DNA of 64,000 nt from Octopus sinensis (lineage: Eukaryota): contig NC_043005.1 of assembly GCF_006345805.1 (NCBI RefSeq), forward strand, positions 10,850,001 through 10,914,000, given 5' to 3'. A model generated the notes under the pieces. The model was given only the letters and a program-made list of their open reading frames with translations. It searched no databases and was not told the origin of the DNA. A program made the translations under genes and the position numbers. Shown here one piece after another: positions 25,425-37,170 of this stretch. How positions within the stretch are numbered: the stretch's first letter is position 1; every line of letters begins with the position of its first letter.

Positions 25425-27569
25425 GTGGTTGGTAAAAGTCTTCCCTCCAATATTTACCTCTTTCTTTCTTTTGTTTTTTTTTTAAAGTAGTCTGGACATT
25501 AAGTCGTATTAGTTTTATTGACATCCTCTAGCGATGGCATTGTAAAAACAAAAAGCCTTGTCTAAAGACTCTTCAATTTATTTATTTTTATTTTCCTTTC
25601 CCTTCTTATATCAAACAATATTATTTTGATTAAAAGGAATTTCAATATATTAGAAATTATCAAAAATGTTATTTACAAAGTCATTTTTTGGCCTAAAATT
25701 TGGATGAAAAGATAATACAAATAAACATATTTATAAAAATATGAGGAAATCAATTTAAAATTCTGAAAAAAATAACTGAATAAAAGTAATGATTAAATGA
25801 ATTTTCTATTATTCTTCTAAACAAACTGTATTTTAAGATGTTATGGGATTGTTTTACTTGTGAAACAGTTGTGCATAGTTCCTGAGGAAGTTTTTCACAA
25901 CTTTTATTTCATAAAGTGTAGCCATTTTCCACCAAAATGCTTTTTTTCTTGTCATGCATATAGTTTTACTGAGATACATTGAAAAATTGTTATATTTATA
26001 AAACTTTTATGAAATTCTAGCGTAATTCAGGTGGTTGGAGCTGAAAGAAAAACCTCATTTCATAAGCTCTTATGCATTTTTTATTTAATACTTAAATTTA
26101 AGCAAACAGTGTGATTGTATGTACATGAGTCTATATATGTATTTATGTATACTTGGTTATATACATATGCATGCATATGTTATGTGCCTTTATACATATA
26201 TTCAGACAGTATACATTAATTATCAGAAAAAGGATTGTAAATGCCTTGAATTCAACTAATGATCTAACTTCATAACTAAAACTGATTGTTTACCAAGTAA
26301 ACAGCTAATAATGTAGACTAAAAAATGTTCCGCTATCTCATAGTATGTAAATTTAGCTTGTATCCTTTTTCTGATTTATCAGTTGTTATGTAACTTAACT
26401 CAATTGGTAATCTCTGCTATGAGAATCTAATTGTAACTATACATAGTAGTTTACAGATATTAAATTGTTAACTAATAGATCTAGATTAATAAGTGACAAC
26501 AGTAAAATGGCTGCTTTACTGTCTTTTCCTACTGCATAATAGTAATAATAATAATAATAACAATAATAATAACGATATTAAATAATACTAAATAATTATA
26601 ACCTCACAAACATGTGTGCTGAATTCAAAGATTTGTGATTTCAAGAGATTAAATTGGCTTTTCACAAAAGTTTGTGACTATTAAGTTTAAGAATAATTCT
26701 TAATCTAACTGCTTGTGTGTAACATCACATACACATCTAGCTAGTTATGAAGAACCTATGTCTTTTCATTATAGTTCATGTTTCTTTCTTTTTTTTTTTT
26801 TTTCACCCTTTCCTGGTGATCAGAGCTGTGTGCAGTCTGTAACTTATATCCTGTGACATTTGACATATTCCAATATGTTTGTCTCAGTTACATCCACACT
26901 AAGCTCTTGCATATGATTGCTATACATTTTTTCCTCCTGATCTTAAATTCCTACATTCTACAGTTTGAGGTGGACAAGATGTTCATAAACATTTTGCCTC
27001 AAATTCTTGTTACAACCTTAACGCAGAAGCCGCACCTTATACTTTTCTTCTAGCGCTTTCATTTCATTGCTTTACTGCTCTCCTTTTAGTGTAGGATAAA
27101 TAGCTTCTCTTCTCTCTTCCTCATCTTCCAACTTCTACAATGGATTACTAGCTATATTAATGCGCTATTGATGACTATGTTTTGGGGATTGAAATTTAAT
27201 TCTTTTATGATTTCTTCTAGATCATTCCAAGACCGAAGAAAAACAAAATTTTACTTTATTCTCATTCTGAGAAAAGAAATATTCTGGTTTACACTTGAGA
27301 AATTTATATCATGTGTTTTCAATGTCTATGCGCATTTGCTGTAAAAATATATTTTCCTGCAATACTTACTTATTATTAACAACATGCTATGAAGAAATTG
27401 ACCTGCTTAGTTACAAGTTTATAAGTCAGTGCTATCCTGACAGTATTAAAAGCGCAGTTTATTGGAGAATAGTTTTCTCTAGCTTACTCATAGATCCCTC
27501 CCCATGTATTGTGTAGTTCATCTATCTAACTATGCTGCTCAGATATTATGCTCTTGCTACATAGGGAAC

Positions 27570-27965
27570 TATATATATATATATATGTATACGTGTATAT
27601 ATATATATATATATACATACATATATTTATATATATATATACATATATATATATATAACTATATATATATATGTATGTATATATATATATGTACATGTAT
27701 ATATATATATATAACTATATATATATGTATATAGTATTCATATATATAGTATTCATGTATGTGTGTATATATATATATATATGTGTGTACACACACATGT
27801 ATATAGTATTCATATATATAGTATTCATGTATGTGTATGTGTATATATATATATATATATAATATATATATATATATGTACACACACATATATGTATATA
27901 GTATTCATATATACATGTAAATATATATGTATATATATATATATATAATCATATATAATATTCAT

Positions 27966-28039
<74 letters not shown>

Positions 28040-28130
28040 TACATCTCGTTCGGAGATTTATTAATGCTTATATATATATATATATATAATATGAATATGT
28101 ATAATAGTCATATATATACATGAAATTTAC

Positions 28131-28167
<37 letters not shown>

Positions 28168-28341
28168 ATACACACATATACATATAATGGTTATATATAT
28201 ATATGATATTCATAGATGCATACGTATATAAGTACATACATATATATAAATACATATGTATATATGCGTGTACACTTGTGTGTGTGTATATATAAACAAA
28301 CACATATATACATGTGCCTATATACAATATATGTATATATT

Positions 28342-28375
<34 letters not shown>

Positions 28376-28720
28376 AATGCTTATGTATATATGTGTGTGC
28401 ACTTGTGTCTATATATATATATATATATATATAAACACATATATACATGTGCCTATATACAATATATGCATATACACATATGTATATACACACACTTAAA
28501 CATATATGTATGTACATATATTGATATATTATATGTGTATGTATATATATGTTTATATATGTGTATATCTGCATATTTAAGTGTATATGTGTGTATGCAT
28601 ATGTATATACATTTATTTATTTATATATATTTATGTGTATGTGCATATATATAATTATATATACACACTCACGCACATATTTATGTGTGTATATACATAC
28701 ATATATATATATATATATTG
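27570..28720. repeat. Large compound (TA)n/(TG)n/(CA)n microsatellite field with local tandem re-duplications
   Basis: Near-continuous TA/TG/CA dinucleotides, pure (TA)n around 27969-28036, repeated TATATAGTATTCAT blocks. Confidence 0.95.
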
Positions 28721-28993
28721 AGCTGCTTGTGATTCTTATTACTGATATTTTTATACCTGCCAATTTATTAATGTTCAGCACACATGGAAATAGTTGAATA
28801 TTTAGAAAATATCTTGGTATTTTCATCTTAGTCAATTAATCTGAATGTAAGGCTTGATTGGTAATTAATAAATGCGCGTGCGCAGCCTTTCTCTTTGCAT
28901 ATAATGTACCATTGATCGCTAATATTAACACCATATTTTTCCTATTCATTATACTAATCTTCGTTTTTCCTTTTTCCATCCATTGTCCTGCAG

Positions 28994-28999
28994 AATCAG
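28994..28999 (+). CDS. Candidate 6-nt microexon AATCAG (inserts ES: NPG-ES-VPQQP)
   Basis: TACTAAT branch point at 28952-28958, AG-free pyrimidine tract, ctgcag acceptor, CAG|gtgagg donor, frame-preserving. Confidence 0.6.
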
Positions 29000-29538
29000 G
29001 TGAGGCCAATTACTAAACTTTCTAATTTCTTTTCAGCACATAATTTATGTATATTTTTTTTTTACCACTATCATTAATTATACATATGTATTTTTTTTAA
29101 AATTTTAAGCTAATCTGCAGAATAATGCATTAAGATTCTGCTACTTGATGCAATATGATTGTAGCAGTAGTTATTTCGTCCTTTTTTCATTTTTTTTGTA
29201 TTCGTTCTTTTTCCTTTTTTTTTTCCTTCTTTTGTAATCAAAATAATTACCTATAGTTTTTGTTTTTTGTATTTTTTTTTTTGGTTTTTTGCGTATGTCC
29301 TTTACATGATTTTGAGGGGACATTCGTGAAAACACTCTGAAAGAGTGAGGTGTAGATTGTTATTTTTGTTTCGTGGCTTTGCATTCTCTGCCACTTGTTC
29401 CAATTTATGATGTGTGTGTCTTTTTTTGTAATATATTTGTTCTCTTGTTCTTTTACTAACATCTTAGTGTTAGGTCTAAAACTCTATTACTAACCCCCCT
29501 GCCCATCAATCGTGGCTAATTAAAACAATTACTGATAG

Positions 29539-29559
29539 TTTTAGAGCTTATGCTATAAG
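29539..29559 (+). CDS. Candidate 21-nt stop-containing (poison/truncating) microexon VLELML*
   Basis: Perfect AAG|gtaagt donor at 29559/29560; TACTAAC at 29488-29494 whose first downstream AG is at 29537-29538; in-frame TAA. Confidence 0.4.
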
Positions 29560-29829
29560 GTAAGTTCTACACAGCTACTCAACAACAATATCAAAGGCTT
29601 TCTCCAATTTCGGAAAAGTAAAACAATTTATCATCATTAGCTGCAAAATTGGTGAGTGATCTTTCAGGGAAAGATATATATATATTTTTCTCTCTTATTG
29701 ATTTCAATATTCTGAATCTTTTTGGTTTTTTTCCTTATTGATGTATTTACTCTATATGTATGATCAGTTGTGTGTGTGTGTACATATATATGTGTGTGTG
29801 TATATGTATATATATGGATGGTTGACTAG

Positions 29830-30205
29830 TTTTTGACAAGAGAACATAAAGACAACTTTCTTCGTATCAAAGATATCTGTGAGAAAGACATGAAACCTCA
29901 TTACTCGAGCGTTGAAAAATGGGAAGGTGTTGCTGGTAATTGTTTCCACTGGACATTGGAACTAGGCAAGGGTTTAAAAAGATGAGAGGAGACACCTACG
30001 GTTGCTGATAAAGGAGAGCAAAATTGAAGGAAAAGCAACGTGAGGAAAAGACTGATAGGCAGCACCTTCGAATGCCGTTGCTGCAGCTGGGTTTGTTACT
30101 CACATGTGCGTCTCTAATAGTCACTGCAGACAGTGCTCTGCCAACAAGACTGAAGATTTTCCAGGTGCAGATCCGTGATCTCGTGCGACTAATGGATTCC
30201 TCCAA
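29830..30205 (+). mobile_element. Decayed RTE-type LINE ORF2 C-terminus
   Basis: One frame reads FLRIKDICEKDMK..WE..A....W...LGKGLKR*..FECRCCSWVCYSH, resembling the LRYKDVCKRDMK..C..C.R.C.S.IGL.SH LINE C-terminus; several stops. Confidence 0.7.
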
Positions 30206-30273
30206 TGTATTTGTGTGTGTTTCTGTTCACACACACAAACATATAAATAAATTATTATCTTTATCTAGTTTAA

Positions 30274-30481
30274 CCCTTTCGATACCAACCCGGCCAAAAC
30301 CGGCTCTGGCTCTGTAGTACAAATGTCTTGTTTTCATTAGTTTTGCATCAAAATATACCACCAAACCTTAGTTGCAATTTATATTCCTAATACTAGCTTA
30401 ATGATAACTAAGTTATTTTACTAAATTCTTTGTTATATTTAAAATAATTGAAAGAAACACAGAGCATCAGTAACGAAAGAG
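30274..30481. mobile_element. piggyBac-like MITE
   Basis: TTAA flanks (30270-30273, 30482-30485), CCCTTTCGATAC..GTAACGAAAGAG termini; second copy at 58723. Confidence 0.8.
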
Positions 30482-32445
30482 TTAATATGATTATTCCATT
30501 AATTTCATTTTCATTTTGCAACATGTTGCATTTACATTTATTGGTCGTAGATAACTAAGTGTTCTACTATATTTCATTTTACACTTTAGCTCTCTCTCTC
30601 TTTCTTCCTCTTTCTCCCTCTCTCTGTCCACTCCTAATAAATATGACCTTACACAAATATATACATAGATATATGACATCCCTGTATGTTCTGAGTTCAA
30701 TTGAAGCTGCAGTCAACTTTGTTCCCTTTCTGGTGGTGGTGGGGATCAGTAAAATAAAGTCACTGGGCTAGATTTAATTTGGGCCTTTGAAGAAGCCTCA
30801 ATTGGTGTTGCTCAGCTTGCTAGAAATAATAGCAAACAAACCTTCTTCACTCTTAAAAAAGTACATGTTGGATAGTGTAGTTCTCTGTATATAAGAAAAA
30901 GATGGGGTGGTCATTGTTGGAATACTTTTGATCAGAGGTTTTCTCAAACAGATCTTTCTTGGGGCTAAACAACAGTAAAAATAGTGTCCTTGTGACTATT
31001 TTAGAATTCAGTTTTACATTTTTCTACATGAGTATTGGATCGATAGAATCCTTAAGGTGTCATACAAATTACCTTGGCCTTATACAATCTAAGTTCAAAT
31101 CCAGCCATGGTCAACTTTTCATTTTATCCTTCTAGAATTGATCAAACATATTTGTGAAATACTGAGATTAATCTAAATCAACCATCTACCTCCCAATGTA
31201 ACATTGTTTGACATTGTACCTATGTCAGAATCCAGTATTATCTTATAGCTTTTTATGTGATGTCACTTTACATTTTGTGTTCAAATGCCTGTGTTTAGCG
31301 TTACTTTTCCTCCTTCCAGGGTTGATAAAATAGAGTGCTAGTCAATAAATAGGGTCAATTTTCACCAACTGTACCCTCAACAATTTGTGACATTGTGTCT
31401 TTAACAGAAATTAGTATTATGATTTTTCTGTAGTATTCATGATCATGATTTTCCCATCTGCTTCTCCATGTAAGCTACATTGGATAGGTTATAATGAGAT
31501 AGTGTTTTATGACTGGATACCCTTCTTGACACCAACCCTTTTCATTGCCTTGAATGAGTTCAGAAATGCAGTGTACATCTAATAATCGAAATTTTATTTT
31601 CTGCACTTTTAATATGATCTTCTTTAGTTTTTGGAATATATGATGTTAACATTATATCATACATGCCTCATTAGGTATCATAATAAAAGTTATAGTTTTT
31701 AATCTGTTTTATACCACTTAATACTGACTGTGTAACCTTTTCTTTTAACTCAGTAACTGCAGTTCTTTGGAGTTACGTTTGTTGTAGCTACCTAATATAT
31801 TAATAGTTTTGTTTTTGAGAAATAGTAGAGCTTGTGACACTAGACATGTTAAGCAGGGTTTTTTTTTTTTTGTCCTATTGCAGTTTGTGGCTGAAATCCC
31901 CTTCTGTATTGTTTCAGTTCTTGCTGGTCTTGGAACAGATTAGTGAGTAAAGAAGATTTTATTCAGAGGATAAACACAGACTAATATGATTTGTATGTAT
32001 TTTCATAGTCACTGAAAGGTCTGATAAATATGTTTCAAGATAATAAAAACTGAGTATGGTTATAAAAGATACTATATTATGTGTGTATGTATATATATTT
32101 TATATAAAATTTGTGTGTGTATGTTTATAAAATTTATATAATTTATGAAGGACTACATTATCCAATGTGTCTCTTTTTTTTTTTTTTGAAAACAGTTGGT
32201 AAGGAGTGTGTTGGTATTTAGTTTTAGACCTTTCCATTCTGACTTCAAATTCTGCCAGGGTCCTCTTTACTTTACATCCATCCAGGGTCAATGAAGCAAA
32301 GTAGTAGTGTTCATTTAATCAAATGACACTTGGTGTTTCCCTGGCCCTTTCAAGCAATAGACTGCAAATACAGGATCCTAAAAGTACAATTGTATTGCTG
32401 CATGCACATTAACAACAGGTGACTGAATAAACCCAATGGCCATAG

Positions 32446-32545
32446 TACAGTGATCCTTTGACTATCGCAGGTGTTATGTTCCAAAACCTCCTGTGATAGG
32501 TGAAAATCTGCAAAGTAGAAACAGTACTGTACTGTACTGTATATT
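32446..32545 (+). mobile_element. Tigger/pogo-like DNA transposon end
   Basis: TA-CAGTGATCC..CTATCGCAGGTGTTATGTTCC..CTGTGATAGGTGAAAATCTGC, a Tigger-type terminus with internal inverted repeat. Confidence 0.55.
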
Positions 32546-32565
32546 TTAAAAAATTTTAATAATTT

Positions 32566-32820
32566 CTCCGAAAAGCTCTATCTCCGACGATTTCATCTCA
32601 ATCGAAGGCGAGGGGCTATCTCCGTCCGGGTTGCGGATCCGTGGAATAAGCTGCCGGACGAGATAGTGAAGATGCCGACGACCGCTCGGTTCAAAGTCTC
32701 TCTTGACCAGAAATGGCCTGAACTCTTTGCATGAACACCACCCTGTACATAACTCCATGTCCCCCTACATGGCCTTGCTTTTTACTTTTTGAGCCAAAAA
32801 ATTAACTTAACTTAACTTAA
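32566..32820 (+). mobile_element. CR1-like LINE 3' fragment
   Basis: Highly similar to 36721-36960; reads EKLYLRRFHLNRRRGAISVRVADPWNKLP; (TTAAC)n tail. Confidence 0.88.
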
Positions 32821-32920
32821 TATTATTGTAAATACAAAACAAAACCTCAGAGCAATCGACATTAGCTTAAATAATAAACTGTGATATGGCAAGGGATTAC
32901 AGTATTCTTGTGGGAAGAAT

Positions 32921-32953
<33 letters not shown>

Positions 32954-33129
32954 GGTATGTCCACTTACTGTGAACATCCGAAAGATAAGACCAGCTGCCC
33001 ACTAACAGTATAAACTCCATATAACATAATCTTTTGTGTTGTGGTGTGTATGCATGCACACAACAGCAAGAGCTCCCATTAAGTCATTTTTATCAACTGT
33101 TCAGAAAACATCTTAAAAATAGTTGATAA

Positions 33130-33700
33130 TCCTCTGTAACCTTGGCGATTACGGTGGTGATGGGTATTCCACAACTGTAGCATTCAGAGTACAACTAAGA
33201 TGCAAAACATCAGTGAGCTGTTACCTCTGCTAACGAGTAGATTTCCTCTCATAAAGGGTGATGTGGCATGAAAGACTTGGCTATTGAATGTAAGGATGTC
33301 TGAAGACTGGAAAGAAATGAAATAAACATGCTCCACTGCACGACTTATGTTGGTTTGCATAAATGACAGCACAATGGGCTGAGTATGAAGCTCACCCGGT
33401 TCTCTCATGCCGAGTATGAAAGGAACCTGATGTAGGCGTTTAAGAGAGAAAACTCTACTAGTGCAGACATATGCATACAGTTCATGATAGTTGAGTAGAG
33501 AGTGCTGAGCAATCCAAGCAGAAGGAATCTACAAAAGATGGAAGACAAAGAAGATATAAGGAAAAGTTGTAAAATGGTGAAAGAGGATTTGAAGAACCTG
33601 GAACTCATGAAGGTGATAAAATATGTTACAGGAGATACTATGCAAGAGAAGACCCTCTAACAGATGCAAGCATGAAAATTCAACTGCAAAATGACAATGA
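33130..33700 (+). mobile_element. Degraded RTE-clade LINE ORF2 fragment
   Basis: Remnants ELLPLLTSR and RLERNEINMLHC match RTE ORF2 C-terminal motifs (ELLPLL..RRLERNE.SML.W). Confidence 0.65.
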
Positions 33701-33725
33701 GAGTGGTAATAGCATATGCGTATAT

Positions 33726-33772
<47 letters not shown>

Positions 33773-34189
33773 TACACATTAAAAATTTTATTTTTTATTT
33801 TATGGGTATCTTGACTTCATGGCATCAGCAATTTTGCTCACCTCTCAGAGCACTCAATGATACAGTGTACAGCCCATATTGGAGTGTAGTTCCTCCACAA
33901 TAGTATGGAAGAGCTGGCATAAAATGATCTTATATACATAAGGCACAATGAACTATGAGTAGTGATACCCTCAGGCACAACCTCCAATAAATATTTTTTC
34001 CAGTCCACCTAAGAGTGTTGATTATTTTCTGTTGCATAATTGTTTTTCATGCTAGTGTAATGTCACCAGCCATACATAACCATCATTTTCATTGTTTCTG
34101 TGCCAGCATTTTTTTCTTTCTGACATGAGTTTAACAAGACTTCTCAAGTCAGTATTCTTTGGCTGGATGTCTTTCTTGACATATTCTTT

Positions 34190-34590
34190 TACACTCTTTT
34201 ACTTGTTTCAGTCATTTGACTGCAGCCATGCTGGAGCACCGCCTTTAGTCGAGCAAATCGATCCCGGGACTTATTCTTTGTAAGCCCAGTACTTATTCTA
34301 TCGGTCTCTTTTGCTAAACCGCTAAGTGACGAGGACGTAAACACACCAGCATCGGTTGTCAAGCAATGCTTGGGGGACAAACACAGACACACAAACACAC
34401 ACACATATATATATATATACATATATATGACAGGCTTCTTTCAGTTTCCGTCTACCAAATCCACTCACATAGGCATTGGTCGGCCCGGGGCCATAGCAGA
34501 AGACACTTGCCCAAGATGCTACGCAGTGGGACTGAACCCGGAACCATGTGGTTGGTTAGCAAGCTACTTACCACACAGCCACTCCTGCGC
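34190..34590 (-). mobile_element. SINE family A, full length
   Basis: Reverse complement of family A. Confidence 0.9.
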
Positions 34591-34867
34591 CTTGTTTTCA
34601 AATTACTTTATTTCTCTGAGCTTTTTGTGTTAAAATTGTTGTGCTCTTGAGACCTATATTACTGCTGTTCAAGTGGTATCAGACAAAACATGGAAGACAA
34701 ATGTGCACGTGTGCACACACACAGGCATATAAATATATGCATATGATGCACTTCCATACAGTTTCCAACAACCAAATTTCACTTAGATTTTGGTCCACTT
34801 GAAGCCAAAGTAGAAAACTCTTGGCCAAACATGAGTAAACCAAGCTTTTTACACACACAGTCATACC

Positions 34868-34900
<33 letters not shown>

Positions 34901-35499
34901 GATGAATAAATAAATGGAGTTGAACGAAGATGTTAATAAAATTCTTTTACTTTCATCATGTTTCGGAGACAGCATGGTTTTATTCCAAAGGAATAAACGG
35001 TGTAAGATGCAATCTTTTCATCAGGAAAGAAAGAGAGCCTCTCTCAACAACAAGACATTATAACATTTACGATGGCTGCCTACATGATAAACAGAATTAA
35101 TTCTGACATGAATTTGCCACTCTGGTTACAGTTCATTGAATTTTCCATGTTAACAGTAAACATAGGATAATTCATTCACCCATCGATATATATATATTAT
35201 ATAGAGGGTACTATTATTCATAGGTACCGCACGCTAGGAGGGGCTTTTGCAGTCAAAACTACTAAAATAAACAAATTGTACTGAATGCAAAACTTCAAAG
35301 CAAGTCATTTAAAAACAGAATTTAGTTACATATCACCTGTGATTTCGCAATCAATGCAGAATATGCATTCTATGCTCTTCAGTGCAACGAACTCAAGACA
35401 TTGTGACACTTGTGAAGACCTGTTGAGGCAAGTGAGAATCGAATCGTATCAAATCAAATCGAACCAAATCAAAATAGATGAACATCAATGGAATTTGTA

Positions 35500-36093
35500 T
35501 CCTTGTGGTACCAGTGCCGGTGGCACATAAGAAAACCATCCGAACGTGACCGTAGCCAGTACCGCAATGACTGGCCTCCGTGCTGAGGGCACGTAACAAA
35601 CACCATCCGAGCGTGGCCGTCCGCCAGCCTCGTCTAGCACTGTGTCGGTGACACATAAGAAAACACCATCCGAGCGTGGCCGTCTGCCAGCCTCGTCTGG
35701 CACCTGTGTCGGTGTGGCACATAAAAAAACACCATCCGAGCGTGGCCGTCTGCCAGCCTCGTCTGGCACCTGTGTCGGTGGCACATAAAAAAACACCATC
35801 CGAGCGTGGTCGTCTGCCAGCCTCGTCTGGCACCTGTGTCGGTGGCACATAAAAAAACACCATCCGAGCGTGGCCGTCTGCCAGCCTCGTCTGGCACTGT
35901 GTCGGTGGCACATAAAATCACCCACTACACTCTCGGAGTGGTTGGCGTTAGGAAGGGCATCCAGCTGTAGAAACACTGCCACATCTGACTGGCCTGGTGC
36001 AGCCTTCGGGCTTCCCAGACCCCAGTTGAACCGTCCAACCCATGCTAGCATGGAAAGCGGACGTTAAACGATGATGATGATGATGATGATGAT
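35500..36093 (+). mobile_element. SINE family D with internal ~64-bp tandem array
   Basis: Units start at 35601, 35664, 35730, 35794 and 35858 (CACCATCCGAGCGTGG..), plus a diverged unit near 35536; family D core and (GAT)n tail. Confidence 0.9.
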
Positions 36094-36489
36094 ATATATA
36101 AGGCACCTAGCCATCAAAATCATGCCAAAACAGACACAGTAGCCTGGTGCAGTCTTCTCCCTGGCCGGCTCTTGTTAAACCATCCAACCTATGCCAGCAT
36201 GGAAGACAGATGTTTAATGATGAATGTATATATTTATACACATTTAGACAAGCAGTTTTAACACACAACATCAATGTATAAAGTTTTCTGCAAGCATTTG
36301 TGTTGTTATCAATGAGTACACTTTTAATCACAGGCATTCCATTTGTGATCATGTTTTTTTTTTTTTTTACCTTTAAACATACTGTGTCTATTACTTCATT
36401 TTCTAGCTTTTTTTTTTAAGGCTGTGATGTTTTGTTTGAGAGGTAGTTAGCTATTTATAACCACATAGAAGCTTACTTACTGGCTCATG

Positions 36490-36977
36490 AAGGGAATAGT
36501 TTCAGCATCTCGAAAGAGTCCAGAAGCTGGCTACCCGCATGGTTCATGGTCTCAAAAATTTGTCCTACAAAGAAAGGCTGAGGACGCTCAACCTTTATTC
36601 TCTTGAGAAACGCCGCCGCCGTGGTGATCTCATTCTCACCCACAACATCATAAGCGGAAAGTGTAACCTCTCGAAAGAGCTGTTCTTCACTCCTGCTCCA
36701 GAGCGTCGGCTGCGGGGTCATTCCGAAAAGCTCTACCTGCGACGATTTCATCTCAATCGAAGGAGAGGAGCTTTCTCCGTCCGGGTTGCGGATCCGTGGA
36801 ACAAGCTGCCAAACGAGATGGTGAAGATGCCGACGACCGCTTTGTTCAAAGCCTCCCTGGACCTCAAGTGGCCTGAACTCTATACATGAACACCACCCTG
36901 TACTTAACTCCATGTCCCCCTACATGGCCTTGCTATTTGCTTTTGAGCCAAATTAACTCACTAACTAACTAACTAAC
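36490..36977 (+). mobile_element. CR1/Jockey-like LINE 3' end (5'-truncated, open ORF2 C-terminus)
   Basis: QHLERVQKLATRMVHGLKNLSYKERLRTLNLYSLEKRRRRGDLI..LRGHSEKL..FSVRVADPWNKLP, typical CR1 ORF2 end; (TAAC)n tail. Confidence 0.93.
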
Positions 36978-37170
36978 ATGGAAAGTTTCTTCTCAAGCTG
37001 TTGGTGAGACCCAAGTCAGCTTTGACTGAGCAGAATTATGATCAGAGGAATTCCTACCATGACCACCCTATCTGTTTGCTTTTCTATATCAAGGATTACG
37101 TTATGCAACATATCTATTTGTTTTTTTAAGACAGTAGGTAAAGAGTGTATTGGTATTAAGTTATAGTTTT

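Noticed and set aside
27504-28835. Many long Y/I/M/C-rich ORFs in the ORF track (also near 5.5, 39-40.5, 48.2 and 52.5 kb)
   Set aside because: Translations of TA/TG/CA microsatellites
29257-29292. 36-nt AG..GTATGT interval
   Set aside because: Almost pure U-tract, more likely a regulatory or pyrimidine tract than an exon
30072-30205. ORF MPLLQLGLLLTCASLIVTADSALPT looks like a signal peptide, suggesting an internal-promoter isoform like C. elegans PTP-3B
   Set aside because: It lies in an alternative frame of a decayed RTE-type LINE 3' end, and its best donors (CAG|GTGCAG, AAT|GTATTT) are phase 0, incompatible with the phase-1 FN3 exon
35393-36051. Long repetitive ORFs and a CRISPR-like periodic pattern
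   Set aside because: Head-to-tail tandem units without unique spacers, inside a SINE in a eukaryotic intron
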